Source: Klebsiella phage phiKp_32. Taken from it: a DNA stretch of 64,000 nt. The number at the start of each line of letters is the position of its first letter. Within the stretch, counting starts at the first letter, position 1. The stretch is from the sequence record LC768500.1, one strand, 5' to 3'. Under the pieces are notes generated by a model that had not been told where the DNA came from, ran no database searches, and saw only the letters and a list, made by a program, of their open reading frames with translations. Made by a program: the position numbers and the translations under genes. Below, in pieces: positions 20,541 through 29,224 of this stretch.

Positions 20541-21881
20541 ATGGTTTCAATTGATGATGTGCAGAAAAAACTCACTACTTATTTTGATGACCGTTTAATC
20601 GGGCAACCGGAATTAGTAGAAGGTATCATTACCAATATTAAGTTGCGAGAGATCTACCACAATAATTTAGCGTTTGCTAAAGAAGCCGGTATTTATATCC
20701 CCCCTTTAAATATGCTGGTTAGGGGGAAATCTGGCAACGGTAAAAGTCATTCGATTAACTTTATTTGTCGATCTTTGGGATTACCTTTCGTCAGCGTCAA
20801 CGCCACGGATTTTACTTCTTCCGGTTACGTTGGCGCTTCGTTGTCAGATATTCCTAAAATGCTGATCGATGAAGCGGAAAGGATTCTTAAAGAGAAAGAT
20901 CAAATTAAGGGTGGGTTCGACGTTCCCCCTCCCACACAGGACGATAAAGATGTTGAGGAAGCCGACAATCGTTTTAAAGCAATAGAAAAAGAATTAATCG
21001 ACTTGGGTGTTCGTATGGATAAAATGGGTCCTAAGCGACCTGCCTTCGCCCACTCTATACGTTTGTATGAAAAGGGGATACCGTACAGAATCAAACTTTG
21101 TTTCAGTAACAAAACACCTAAGAAACTTTATGCCGAATTAACCGAAGGGAAGGAATTTACCGATAAAGAGAGGACTAAGATTAATAGTCTGTTAAACAAG
21201 CTGTCCACCCCATATAAACCCTACTCGTTTAAATTCGATACAAGTTTCATTGACAAGTTCAGGTTAGGTGGAATAAAAGATTCTAATCCTGGAGTCAAAG
21301 AGTATGCCCAAAATAAGGGTATCGTCATGATCGATGAGATTGATAAAATCCTCATGGGTAAGAACGGACAATACAACGTTGGGACTCACGGAATCATCAG
21401 GGAGATTCTAGCCTATCTGTCCGGATCAAACATCATGAGCGGAGGTGATATGTTTGATACGTCAAACATCATCTTTATCTGTGCTGGCGCTTTTGACATG
21501 GTCGACTTTAAAGATATCCCCACCGAACTCTTAGGTCGCCTCCCTACACGTTTAACTGTTAAGGACCCTACTGAAGATAGTCTTTACCGGATGCTGACTT
21601 CCCAGGTAGTGGACCCGTGGGGTATGGTCAAACTCATTCTTCGTAACAAAGGATGTGAAAATTTCATCATTAGTGATGAAATTTCTAGACATATCGCCAA
21701 ACGTGTTATCGAGGACGAAAAGATCAAACCCATTGGGGTCAGACGTTTAATGGCTGTGATTAGCGAAATAGCTAAAATCTATTATCTCATGGACGAGATA
21801 GATAAAGAGATAACTTTATCAGAGTTCGTAGCGGATAAAGCACTTAAAACGATTAGAGACGGTTTATTAGAATCGGTTTAA
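20541..21881 (+). CDS. hslU: HslU-type AAA+ ATPase/unfoldase homologue with an I-domain insertion
   Basis: IGQ, Walker A GKSGNGKS, PFVSVNATDFTSSGYVG (matches the HslU ATKFTEVGYVG), Walker B GIVMIDEIDKI, NIIFICAGAF, LLGRLP and a sensor-2 GVRRL. An insertion of about 150 aa sits at the I-domain position. Confidence 0.8.
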   Translation: MVSIDDVQKKLTTYFDDRLIGQPELVEGIITNIKLREIYHNNLAFAKEAGIYIPPLNMLVRGKSGNGKSHSINFICRSLGLPFVSVNATDFTSSGYVGASLSDIPKMLIDEAERILKEKDQIKGGFDVPPPTQDDKDVEEADNRFKAIEKELIDLGVRMDKMGPKRPAFAHSIRLYEKGIPYRIKLCFSNKTPKKLYAELTEGKEFTDKERTKINSLLNKLSTPYKPYSFKFDTSFIDKFRLGGIKDSNPGVKEYAQNKGIVMIDEIDKILMGKNGQYNVGTHGIIREILAYLSGSNIMSGGDMFDTSNIIFICAGAFDMVDFKDIPTELLGRLPTRLTVKDPTEDSLYRMLTSQVVDPWGMVKLILRNKGCENFIISDEISRHIAKRVIEDEKIKPIGVRRLMAVISEIAKIYYLMDEIDKEITLSEFVADKALKTIRDGLLESV

Positions 21882-21884
21882 ACT

Positions 21885-21914
21885 TATATCCTGGGCGGAT
21901 CCGCCCAGGATATA
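21885..21914 (+). terminator. Stem-loop terminator
   Basis: tatatcctgggcgg-at-ccgcccaggatata. Confidence 0.6.
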
Positions 21915-21944
21915 ATCTGTTAATTTAACTTTTGGAAACTCATC

Positions 21945-22439
21945 ATGCTTTTAGACGAATGGGTCGGTGTTTTTAACTCGTTATCCTCGGATTTGAAAGG
22001 AAGGGATGTAGAGGGTTACATTTACTTGTTTGGGGATATCATTAATGGTTTGTTGTGGGCTGGATTAGTAGGGTGGTCGATATCGTTAGTGAAGCGACGT
22101 AAGAAAAACAAACGAAGAGAAGAGAATGATTATAAGTTAGCGGAATTAATTGAGTCGTTCCTTGTCTTTGAAGGTATTACGCCGGATAAGTATTCCATCC
22201 CCAAGTTCCTAATAAAGAATGAGAAAGAACTCCTTATCGCACTAGACTACTTTTTAAGGAAGGACGCGATACTGCGTAAGAAACTGAGATTCAAACAATT
22301 AGATGTTAAATTATCGGAGGATAGGATCAAGATAAGATTTAAGTCTATCTTTAGAACCGGTGCATACGCCGTATCAACTGATTCCTCAAAGTTATTAATC
22401 TTCTTAGGTCTATTACTGGAGAAAAATAAAAATGGTTGA
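21945..22439 (+). CDS. Hypothetical membrane-associated protein (164 aa)
   Basis: ORF with the ..ggaaactcatcATG start context and a hydrophobic N-terminal segment. Confidence 0.5.
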   Translation: MLLDEWVGVFNSLSSDLKGRDVEGYIYLFGDIINGLLWAGLVGWSISLVKRRKKNKRREENDYKLAELIESFLVFEGITPDKYSIPKFLIKNEKELLIALDYFLRKDAILRKKLRFKQLDVKLSEDRIKIRFKSIFRTGAYAVSTDSSKLLIFLGLLLEKNKNG

Positions 22440-22818
22440 ATTATCGTTAGTCTCTATCATTTTTGGAATTGGGTTAGGTGTACTGCTGACTCTTTTTTGG
22501 ATTAAATTCTTAAAGGGAGTGTTGGAGAAGAAAGAAGCCGAAAGAAAACTTAAAGAGGAAGTATATGAAAAATCCAAGGAGTTAGACTCCTTGGTGTCGA
22601 AATTAAGAAGAGAGGTTCATAGTCTCGATGAGTTACTTAACCGCCCGGACTTCGCCGAACTGTACGATTTTCTTAAATGCGAAATAATAGTAAGGACCGA
22701 TTGCCTTTTCATTATTTCCCCGTTTTGGATCACCCCCAAAGAAGGCATCAAACACATCGCGATTCATTTAAATGCGGTTGACCGCATTTCCTCGCGTATT
22801 TTAGGTGAACTCTGTTAA
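22432..22818 (+). CDS. Hypothetical membrane protein (128 aa)
   Basis: ORF overlapping the upstream stop. N-terminal TM helix. Confidence 0.5.
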   Translation: MVELSLVSIIFGIGLGVLLTLFWIKFLKGVLEKKEAERKLKEEVYEKSKELDSLVSKLRREVHSLDELLNRPDFAELYDFLKCEIIVRTDCLFIISPFWITPKEGIKHIAIHLNAVDRISSRILGELC

Positions 22819-22854
22819 GTCCTATTTTTAAACTATACACTCATTAGGTAAATC

Positions 22855-23094
22855 ATGAAACTCAAAGATTATCAACATCACGTTTCTATCGTCCAACACG
22901 AAGATGGAAAAGAACTCCCCTATTTAAAACAAAAGACTTACTGTGGGGGTGAACCTGAACCTTGGATGTTCCAAGGCGCTGGGCACGCTATACTGGCGAT
23001 TTCTAATCAAAGCTACACACAACCCTGCCCTGAATGTGTTAAAGCCATACAGACGATTACAGAAGGGTATTTAAAGGAAAATTCCAATGGCTAA
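22855..23094 (+). CDS. Hypothetical Cys-containing protein (79 aa)
   Basis: ORF with the taggtaaatcATG start context. Confidence 0.5.
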   Translation: MKLKDYQHHVSIVQHEDGKELPYLKQKTYCGGEPEPWMFQGAGHAILAISNQSYTQPCPECVKAIQTITEGYLKENSNG

Positions 23095-23190
23095 ATCCAA
23101 AATGTCCGACTTTATTGATATTGCCGTGCTATTCCTGGTAATATCTCTCGTCTTAACCTTTTTCTTTTACGCTATTATTAAATATGGATA
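23087..23190 (+). CDS. Putative small membrane peptide (34 aa)
   Basis: Short ORF (MAKSKMSDFIDIAVLFLVISLVLTFFFYAIIKYG) overlapping its neighbours. Not in the ORF track because it is under 60 aa. Confidence 0.3.
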
Positions 23191-23534
23191 AAACTACTAT
23201 GTTTGACCTTATTAAACTTCTCGAGATTTTCCTGGGGTTCTTTATTTGCATTTTACTGATCGTTCTGCTCGTCATAACGACACGTAAGAATAAACGACCC
23301 CAGCTCCCTCCTACGCATGAAACCCTTCGGTACATCATCTCTGGCGCCCTACAGACGGGAGTTTATAATACTCCCGATCTTTATGTCGAACTCGCCTTAA
23401 AACTCTCTAAGGACTACGGAGAGCTCTTAAACGTTAAAATAGAGTACGATCATTTATCGTCGTCTAGCCATAAAACGTTTTATATAAAGGATTATACACT
23501 TAAACGAGTTTACCCGCTAACCTTTAACGCATAA
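23184..23534 (+). CDS. Hypothetical membrane protein (116 aa)
   Basis: ORF with an N-terminal TM segment. Confidence 0.5.
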   Translation: MDKTTMFDLIKLLEIFLGFFICILLIVLLVITTRKNKRPQLPPTHETLRYIISGALQTGVYNTPDLYVELALKLSKDYGELLNVKIEYDHLSSSSHKTFYIKDYTLKRVYPLTFNA

Positions 23535-23544
23535 AACGTTGATC

Positions 23545-23576
23545 TACTCCTACTCCCGTAATAGGGAGTAGGAGTA
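23545..23576 (+). terminator. Terminator, member of the conserved CTCCTACTCCC hairpin family
   Basis: tactcctactccc-gtaata-gggagtaggagta; 13-bp perfect stem. Confidence 0.7.
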
Positions 23577-23631
23577 CTCTTATGAATTTATTTTTAGTTA
23601 ATTAATTAATGTTAAACCTAGGATAGTATAG

Positions 23632-23639
23632 TATAAATA
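23632..23639 (+). promoter_or_regulatory. T4-late-promoter-like TATAAATA box
   Basis: Exact TATAAATA in the AT-rich gap upstream of the TnpB element. Confidence 0.3.
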
Positions 23640-23839
23640 GCTCTAGCGCAATATATTAGGCCTTCGGCCTAAAGGGCTAGGGTAAGTCTATTCGTTCGTT
23701 TCAGCATCAATCAAGGTATTCGCTACGCTCATACTTTCTTATGCTGATCGATGGGTAGAAAATCTTTCTATTTTAGTTAAATACCAGTTAAAACGGGTTT
23801 GGGCGACGTCTTTTTGAAAATTTAACTAGTGGCTATCAT

Positions 23840-25123
23840 CTTGGTACTTAACTTATTTAATTTAAACTCTATATCATAAAGTCGGAGGAACTTATTATGT
23901 TTATTTCTAAACGAGGTAAACTCCGGCTCTATAAAGAGGACGTGGAGTTAGTTAATCGCACCTTTGGTTGTCGGAGATTTGTATGGAATCAATTATTGGG
24001 TTTACACAAAGAGCGATATGAAAAATGGAAGGAAAATAATAACTTAGAAAAACCCACAGTTTCTATTTCTGCATTGAGAGAAGATTTTAAACGTATTAGA
24101 TCGGAGCATTCTTGGTTAAATGAAGTAAGTTCTGTTGCTTTATATGAGACCATTACTGATCTTTATAATGCCTTTCAACGCTTCTTCAATAATCAATCCG
24201 GTTACCCTAAGTTTAAATCTAAGAGAGGCGCGCAGACTTTTCGTATCACCTCTAGGGTCAACCTGCGGGTCGAGGGTAATATGGTTAGGTTACCCAAATC
24301 CAATTGTTATTCGATATTCTCTAAAAATACTGTCTTAAATGATCCTTCTTCTTATACCGTTACTAGGGATAGCGTAGGCGATTATTTCATCTCTTTCGTA
24401 GACCAAATTGATGAGATAGAGCCAGAACCCGAAAGTAAGGGCAAACATGTAGGGATCGATTTAGGAATTAAATCCTTAGCGATTGTTAAACCTAGTAAGG
24501 GAGAACCTTGGGAATTAATCAACCCTAGAACGTATACGAAATATCAAAAACGCAGAACGACGCTACAACGCCGTTTAATGAAAAAGAAGAAAGGGAGTAA
24601 AAACAGAAACAAAGCTAGAATTAAATTAGCGAAGTTAGAACGTAAAGTTGCTAATATTCGTAAAGATCTTTTACACAAATTTACGACTACACTGATTAAA
24701 GAAAACCAAATGATCAGTATCGAAGATTTAAATGTAAAAGGGATGTTAAAAAACCATAGCTTGGCTAAACATATTCAGGATTGTTCTTTTGGTACAATTA
24801 GAACGATGCTGGAATATAAAGCTAAACGTTATACTCGAAATAAAACGATCACCATCGTTAATCGGTTCTTTGCAAGCACTCAACTTTGTTCTCAGTGCGG
24901 TGTTCTCCCTAAAGAGCGTATCGGACTTAAAATCAGGAACTGGGTATGTTGGAACTGCGGCACTAAACACGATAGAGATATTAACGCTGCTACGAATATC
25001 CTTAACCAAGGATTACGTTTAACAACCTCCTAGGTTAAGGGTATTTATTACCCTTGGTCTGAGGGGAAGTTAAGCCTGTGGAGACAAGTTGCAGTAAGGA
25101 CTTTCTATGAAGCAGGAAGTTGA
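23840..25123 (+). mobile_element. IS605-family TnpB-only (IS1341-like) element, copy 1
   Basis: Ends are approximate. Inferred from where sequence similarity to copy 2 begins (about 55 nt upstream of tnpB) and ends (conserved gaagcaggaagttga 90 nt past the tnpB stop). Confidence 0.5.
23897..25033 (+). CDS. tnpB: TnpB (OrfB) RNA-guided endonuclease-family protein
   Basis: RuvC-I GIDLGIKS, RuvC-II ISIEDLNVKGM, zinc finger CSQCG...CWNCG, RuvC-III HDRDINAATNI. 378 aa. Confidence 0.85.
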   Translation: MFISKRGKLRLYKEDVELVNRTFGCRRFVWNQLLGLHKERYEKWKENNNLEKPTVSISALREDFKRIRSEHSWLNEVSSVALYETITDLYNAFQRFFNNQSGYPKFKSKRGAQTFRITSRVNLRVEGNMVRLPKSNCYSIFSKNTVLNDPSSYTVTRDSVGDYFISFVDQIDEIEPEPESKGKHVGIDLGIKSLAIVKPSKGEPWELINPRTYTKYQKRRTTLQRRLMKKKKGSKNRNKARIKLAKLERKVANIRKDLLHKFTTTLIKENQMISIEDLNVKGMLKNHSLAKHIQDCSFGTIRTMLEYKAKRYTRNKTITIVNRFFASTQLCSQCGVLPKERIGLKIRNWVCWNCGTKHDRDINAATNILNQGLRLTTS

Positions 25124-25145
25124 AATATACAAGACATCTTACACT
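25010..25145 (+). ncRNA. Putative omegaRNA (TnpB guide RNA) derived from the element's right end
   Basis: A segment overlapping the 3' end of tnpB and extending 90 nt past it is conserved with copy 2 (ggttaagggtattta..ttggtctgagggga.gttaagcctg.ggag...gaagcaggaagttga). It is followed by a copy-specific sequence, aatatacaagacatcttac..., that would serve as the guide. Confidence 0.45.
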
Positions 25146-25308
25146 CACCCATGCAACCTGGAGAGAAACCCCGACTGAACAAAGTTGTTTATTCCTTCTC
25201 AGGGGAATAAACAGTTCGTCGGCTAAAGACATAGGATGTTTTATGATCAGTAAAGAAATACGATAATCTAAACTTATTAGTTCAAACACTGTAATCTAGG
25301 AGATAACC

Positions 25309-25425
25309 ATGAATATCGTAATGCCACTAAAGCTACTCGGAGGGTTACTTATCCTGGGAGTGGGTTTTGGATTACTGGTTTATCTCATCGTTAAACTCTC
25401 TGTTAAAATGGCGTATAAGAAATGA
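25309..25425 (+). CDS. Putative small single-TM peptide (38 aa)
   Basis: RBS aggag then ATG. MNIVMPLKLLGGLLILGVGFGLLVYLIVKLSVKMAYKK. Its stop overlaps the next start (ATGA). Confidence 0.4.
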   Translation: MNIVMPLKLLGGLLILGVGFGLLVYLIVKLSVKMAYKK

Positions 25426-25889
25426 GTGAAGAAGAGTTATCATTAGGTTATATTTCAGTTAAAGTCATTCCCACTCAGGAAGACATTCTTAAAGATAAGG
25501 TGTTGGATGCGGGATGTCTTCCGTTAGATGAAGGGGCATATCACGCTACTCTTATTTTTGATATTCATCAAGATGGCGTGATCCCTAACGTACCTATGAT
25601 CCCTGAAAAGATCTTCGAGGGAAAGGTTATTGGAATCAAGGAACTCGGAGAGCGTAAAGGAGATATTATCTCAGCCGTTGTACTCGAACTGGATTCTCCT
25701 GAATTGACAGAAGAGCATGATCGGTTAATACAATGTGGGTATGGTCATTCCTATCCGGATTACATCCCCCATATTTCGCTCGCTTACAAGGTCACAGAAG
25801 AGCAAATGGAAGATCTCAAACGACAGTGTGAGTCGCTTATTGGTAAAACGTTCTACTTATCCGGAGAGAGCATCGACTGGATAGATTAA
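25422..25889 (+). CDS. 2H phosphoesterase-superfamily protein (LigT/Acb1-like); candidate cyclic-oligonucleotide phosphodiesterase
   Basis: Two H-x-[TS]-x motifs, HATL at H41 and HISL at H117, in a 155-aa protein. This spacing is the 2H-fold hallmark. Confidence 0.55.
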   Translation: MSEEELSLGYISVKVIPTQEDILKDKVLDAGCLPLDEGAYHATLIFDIHQDGVIPNVPMIPEKIFEGKVIGIKELGERKGDIISAVVLELDSPELTEEHDRLIQCGYGHSYPDYIPHISLAYKVTEEQMEDLKRQCESLIGKTFYLSGESIDWID

Positions 25890-25902
25890 GAGGTAAAGGG
25901 GT

Positions 25903-26331
25903 ATGTCTGATAAACTTACTGTATCACTTTTTAAGCTTATAAAAAACCATACTGGGTTAACGTTAAAGGAAGGCGAATTCTCTTTAACGGGAGAAAGACC
26001 CTTTTGGTTCAGAATACCTCCTTTCTCCCTTAACCCCAGTTCAAGAGATAGATTGAGAGATCTCTTTCAAGATAACTTTGATGTGACTGTAGTTGATTAT
26101 GTCGACGATTACCAGATCATATTCAGCCAAATTGAACCAACAACTTCTCGTCGTATAAAACGAGTCAGGAACATCCTAGATGTGTTAGAAAGAGAGTACG
26201 GTAGAAACTGTCTCAGACCAGAAACTGGTAGAATCTTGAGCGGATATTACTCTACTCATAAAGACAGAATAGAACAGGAAGAACTTGCTTATAATAAAAA
26301 GATTTTAAATGAAGCTTTACGACGACGTTAA
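25903..26331 (+). CDS. Hypothetical protein (142 aa)
   Basis: ORF with RBS aagggg. Confidence 0.5.
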   Translation: MSDKLTVSLFKLIKNHTGLTLKEGEFSLTGERPFWFRIPPFSLNPSSRDRLRDLFQDNFDVTVVDYVDDYQIIFSQIEPTTSRRIKRVRNILDVLEREYGRNCLRPETGRILSGYYSTHKDRIEQEELAYNKKILNEALRRR

Positions 26332-26372
26332 TCTTATGCAATATTTTTAATCTTAAAACGTGGGGTGGGTAA

Positions 26373-26696
26373 ATGACGTACGATGAAGTCGAGAAATATC
26401 TGGAAATGGGAGAGGCTATCTCTAAGGGTAGTTGGAAAGCTAACGAAGCGGTTTATTTAGAGCCGACGACGTTACTTAATCCAGCGCACTATCCTGAGTG
26501 TTTAAAGGCCGCGGGTATTAACTCCCTTTTGAGAGTCGATCGACATTTAGTGCGTGTTACCGCGAGTAACACTGTTGAGCGTTTTATTCCCAACATTGTA
26601 GAAAGAAAAGAAAACGATTGGTACGTTAAGAGTTATACCTTCGAACAAAATAAAGCATTGCCAGAACATAATCAAACCCAAGAAGAAGCTGCATAA
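26373..26696 (+). CDS. Hypothetical protein (107 aa)
   Basis: ORF. Confidence 0.5.
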   Translation: MTYDEVEKYLEMGEAISKGSWKANEAVYLEPTTLLNPAHYPECLKAAGINSLLRVDRHLVRVTASNTVERFIPNIVERKENDWYVKSYTFEQNKALPEHNQTQEEAA

Positions 26697-26701
26697 TAAC
26701 A

Positions 26702-26711
26702 CCCCCCCCCC
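26702..26711. repeat. C10 homopolymer tract
   Basis: Ten consecutive C residues immediately after the stop at 26696. Confidence 0.9.
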
Positions 26712-26725
26712 TACACTTAGATTTT

Positions 26726-26755
26726 AACCAGGAGAGGCTTACGCCTCTCCTGGTT
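26726..26755 (+). terminator. Rho-independent terminator
   Basis: aaccaggagaggc-ttac-gcctctcctggtt followed by ttatttt. Confidence 0.7.
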
Positions 26756-26792
26756 TATTTTACTTGTATTCTTTTTTGGATCGATATTATTT
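26756..26792 (+). promoter_or_regulatory. Sigma70-like promoter candidate (TTTTACTTGTAT cassette, copy 1)
   Basis: TTTTACTTGTAT immediately after the terminator, with gatattat about 17 nt downstream. The same cassette recurs at 56138 and 56674. Confidence 0.4.
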
Positions 26793-26829
26793 ATGTGTAA
26801 ACCTCAATAACTTTTTAGGAATCAACATC

Positions 26830-27045
26830 ATGAATGGTCTTTTTGGAACAGGTTGCTTGTTGTTAGGTGCTGCGGTGTATTTCTTCCTGAAGTACCTGGA
26901 ACTGCGTAAAGATTTTAAAGAGAATAAGATTAAAGACAAGGGTCGGGCGTCTGGGTATAAAAATGCCTATTTCTCTTTAACCATTTGCGTTTTGGGTCTG
27001 GGCGTCTTTTTAATGGTTAATGGGACTCTGTTGGAGATCAGATAA
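26830..27045 (+). CDS. Small membrane protein (71 aa)
   Basis: Start refined to ATG 26830 (tttttaggaatcaacatcATG). Two TM helices. Confidence 0.5.
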   Translation: MNGLFGTGCLLLGAAVYFFLKYLELRKDFKENKIKDKGRASGYKNAYFSLTICVLGLGVFLMVNGTLLEIR

Positions 27046-27512
27046 TGGATATCGTTATGCTGACCGACGCAGAAACAGTTTTGGATGTCGTCGATGCAGA
27101 GGAATACTATCTTCCTACGGGAATTATGCGGCATTGGATACAGATGGCTATCCGAAGAGGGCCTGGGCATTGTAGGGCATTTTGGTTTGAAGGTGGGATC
27201 TTTGTTTTGACCAAAATACCCTTAACAGGTAGTAATACATGGAACGCTTCGATTTGGATTTCTGAAGATTACAGGCGAAAAGGACTGGCCAAGCGAATAA
27301 CAGTTTTGGCTTTGGATATGTTCAGACTGGCTAACGCGACTCTACGTTTCCATCCTTGGGATCAGCGTAGCGTTGCATTCTTTTCTAATTTGGTTAACGA
27401 GGGATTGTTGACCGGGAAGAATTTTGGGGATATTGGGTCCAGACGTCTTTTATCGTCTGAACTCCTTAAAGATCCGGAAACCTTTACATCCCAGCGCGTT
27501 GAGCTGGTTTAA
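27045..27512 (+). CDS. GNAT-family acetyltransferase-like protein
   Basis: ISEDYRRKGLAKRI (GNAT motif A-like R-x-x-G-x-A). Paralogue of 45985..46452, sharing [DE]YR+KGLAKR. Confidence 0.5.
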   Translation: MDIVMLTDAETVLDVVDAEEYYLPTGIMRHWIQMAIRRGPGHCRAFWFEGGIFVLTKIPLTGSNTWNASIWISEDYRRKGLAKRITVLALDMFRLANATLRFHPWDQRSVAFFSNLVNEGLLTGKNFGDIGSRRLLSSELLKDPETFTSQRVELV

Positions 27513-27536
27513 TCTTTCATAGTAAGAGGTAATAAA

Positions 27537-27917
27537 ATGGACCGTAACGAATTAGCGATTATTCTCATCGATCAACTTAACAAATTCCTTTACCCTAAAC
27601 TTGAGAAAACCAATATGACGAAATTTTGTCTATTGGGAACGCTGAGCCTTGAGGTCGTCACCGGTCAGTTTTATGATCATAAAACATGCGTGGGGTCGGA
27701 GGATATCCTTGCATTGCTCAAAGAGCACGGGATTAACGACGATGGATTCTTAAGCGTAGAAAAACGACTATCGGCCTTTGGCGATATTCTGACTTCCTAT
27801 TCTTATAGAGTTCTAGGGGATCGTTATGGTGATGCTTTTGTTACCGTGAATTTCAATTTGAATTTAACCAATCTTAACATGCTTGAGTTCGCTAATGAAC
27901 TCGCGCGCTACGAATAA
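27537..27917 (+). CDS. Hypothetical protein (126 aa)
   Basis: ORF with RBS agaggt. Confidence 0.5.
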   Translation: MDRNELAIILIDQLNKFLYPKLEKTNMTKFCLLGTLSLEVVTGQFYDHKTCVGSEDILALLKEHGINDDGFLSVEKRLSAFGDILTSYSYRVLGDRYGDAFVTVNFNLNLTNLNMLEFANELARYE

Positions 27918-27962
27918 ATCATAATCCCGTCAATTTATTTTATACTTTTAGGAAACGCCATC

Positions 27963-28853
27963 ATGAACATCAATCAACTGCCAGAGAATCATCACGTCAT
28001 TTCTTCTATGGTCAATCCGTTTGACCCTAACGAAGAATTGTTCTTCGTTACCCATCCTCGTGTAAATACTTACTTGGATCTCGACGTCTGGTTCTGTGAT
28101 ATGGGTACCGGGGATATGAGAGTTGTCGAACCCTACGGCAAAGTGTCCGACGTTCGGTTATTTCCCCATATGGAAAAACACGTGTCCGACAATTCGGTTG
28201 AGTTTCTTTACCCCACAGTGATCACCCCTCTTAGTCTCCGAGAAACAGTTCTAAAAGTAGAGGATATCCTCGCTGGTGATAAACTTAATCCATTTCCATT
28301 ATCTGGAAGCGGGGCTGATCCGATGAGTGGATGGCGCTCAGACCCCCACGGAGTGAAAAGGAATATTCAAAAATTACCAGACGCTCTTGATTTATTAACC
28401 GATGAACAGCAAGAAAATTCTTTCCCTCTCGAAAGTCTTAACACCAGTAAAGCTCTTCATCACCCTTCCCCAGAAGAAATATCTGATGGGGCTAATAAGG
28501 AGTACGAGGCGAGGAAAGCAGCTTTGAAAGAACTGCTGGAAAGCGGAGGTGAGATTAAACCAATTCCGAAAACGGTTTACTACACTAAAGAGTTTTCTGA
28601 TGCTTTAGAGGACGTCCGCGCTGAACAGAGAGAGGCGACCGACCAACAAAGTTCCAAAATCCCCACTGAGTCTAGCGTAACCGTGACTGACCTTGGTGAC
28701 GGATTTTCAAGGATAGAAAAAACAATCGGGGGAAGAACCTTGGTAAGTTACGATGAAAAGGCTCACATTCCTTTTCCAAGAAAGCGCAAGCCCAAGAAAC
28801 CCAACCATAATCTTAACGCGATCATGGGTTTGTTAGCGAGGGCCAAGAAGTGA
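27963..28853 (+). CDS. Hypothetical protein (296 aa) with a basic C-terminal tail
   Basis: ORF with the ttttaggaaacgccatcATG start context. Confidence 0.55.
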   Translation: MNINQLPENHHVISSMVNPFDPNEELFFVTHPRVNTYLDLDVWFCDMGTGDMRVVEPYGKVSDVRLFPHMEKHVSDNSVEFLYPTVITPLSLRETVLKVEDILAGDKLNPFPLSGSGADPMSGWRSDPHGVKRNIQKLPDALDLLTDEQQENSFPLESLNTSKALHHPSPEEISDGANKEYEARKAALKELLESGGEIKPIPKTVYYTKEFSDALEDVRAEQREATDQQSSKIPTESSVTVTDLGDGFSRIEKTIGGRTLVSYDEKAHIPFPRKRKPKKPNHNLNAIMGLLARAKK

Positions 28854-29224
28854 CAGAAATGTATCAGAGTTGGGTCACTGAGTTTAAAAAATCGGTCAGC
28901 GAGCTCAAAGAAGTCGAATCGGCCGGCTACGGCAAATATCGTTTAGGCGTGCAGGATCCGCCAGGAAAGCCCTACGTCCTGGTAGAAGTAAAAACCTCCG
29001 ATTGTGCATACACGCCCAACTATTCGTTGGACCTTGTGAAAACGATTAAGATTCCAAAACCTAAAGGGTTGAGGTTATCGGTAGAACGTCGTATTCGGTT
29101 AGTGGGATATCTTTTAGAAATCGGCGTGTTTAATTTACTCACTCAGGCCGAATGGGGGATGATCTTTAATGTCTCTCGTGGATCCATTTGGCATTATAAG
29201 AAACAGAACGAGGAATTACTATGA
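28850..29224 (+). CDS. Hypothetical protein (124 aa)
   Basis: ORF overlapping the upstream stop. Confidence 0.5.
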   Translation: MTEMYQSWVTEFKKSVSELKEVESAGYGKYRLGVQDPPGKPYVLVEVKTSDCAYTPNYSLDLVKTIKIPKPKGLRLSVERRIRLVGYLLEIGVFNLLTQAEWGMIFNVSRGSIWHYKKQNEELL

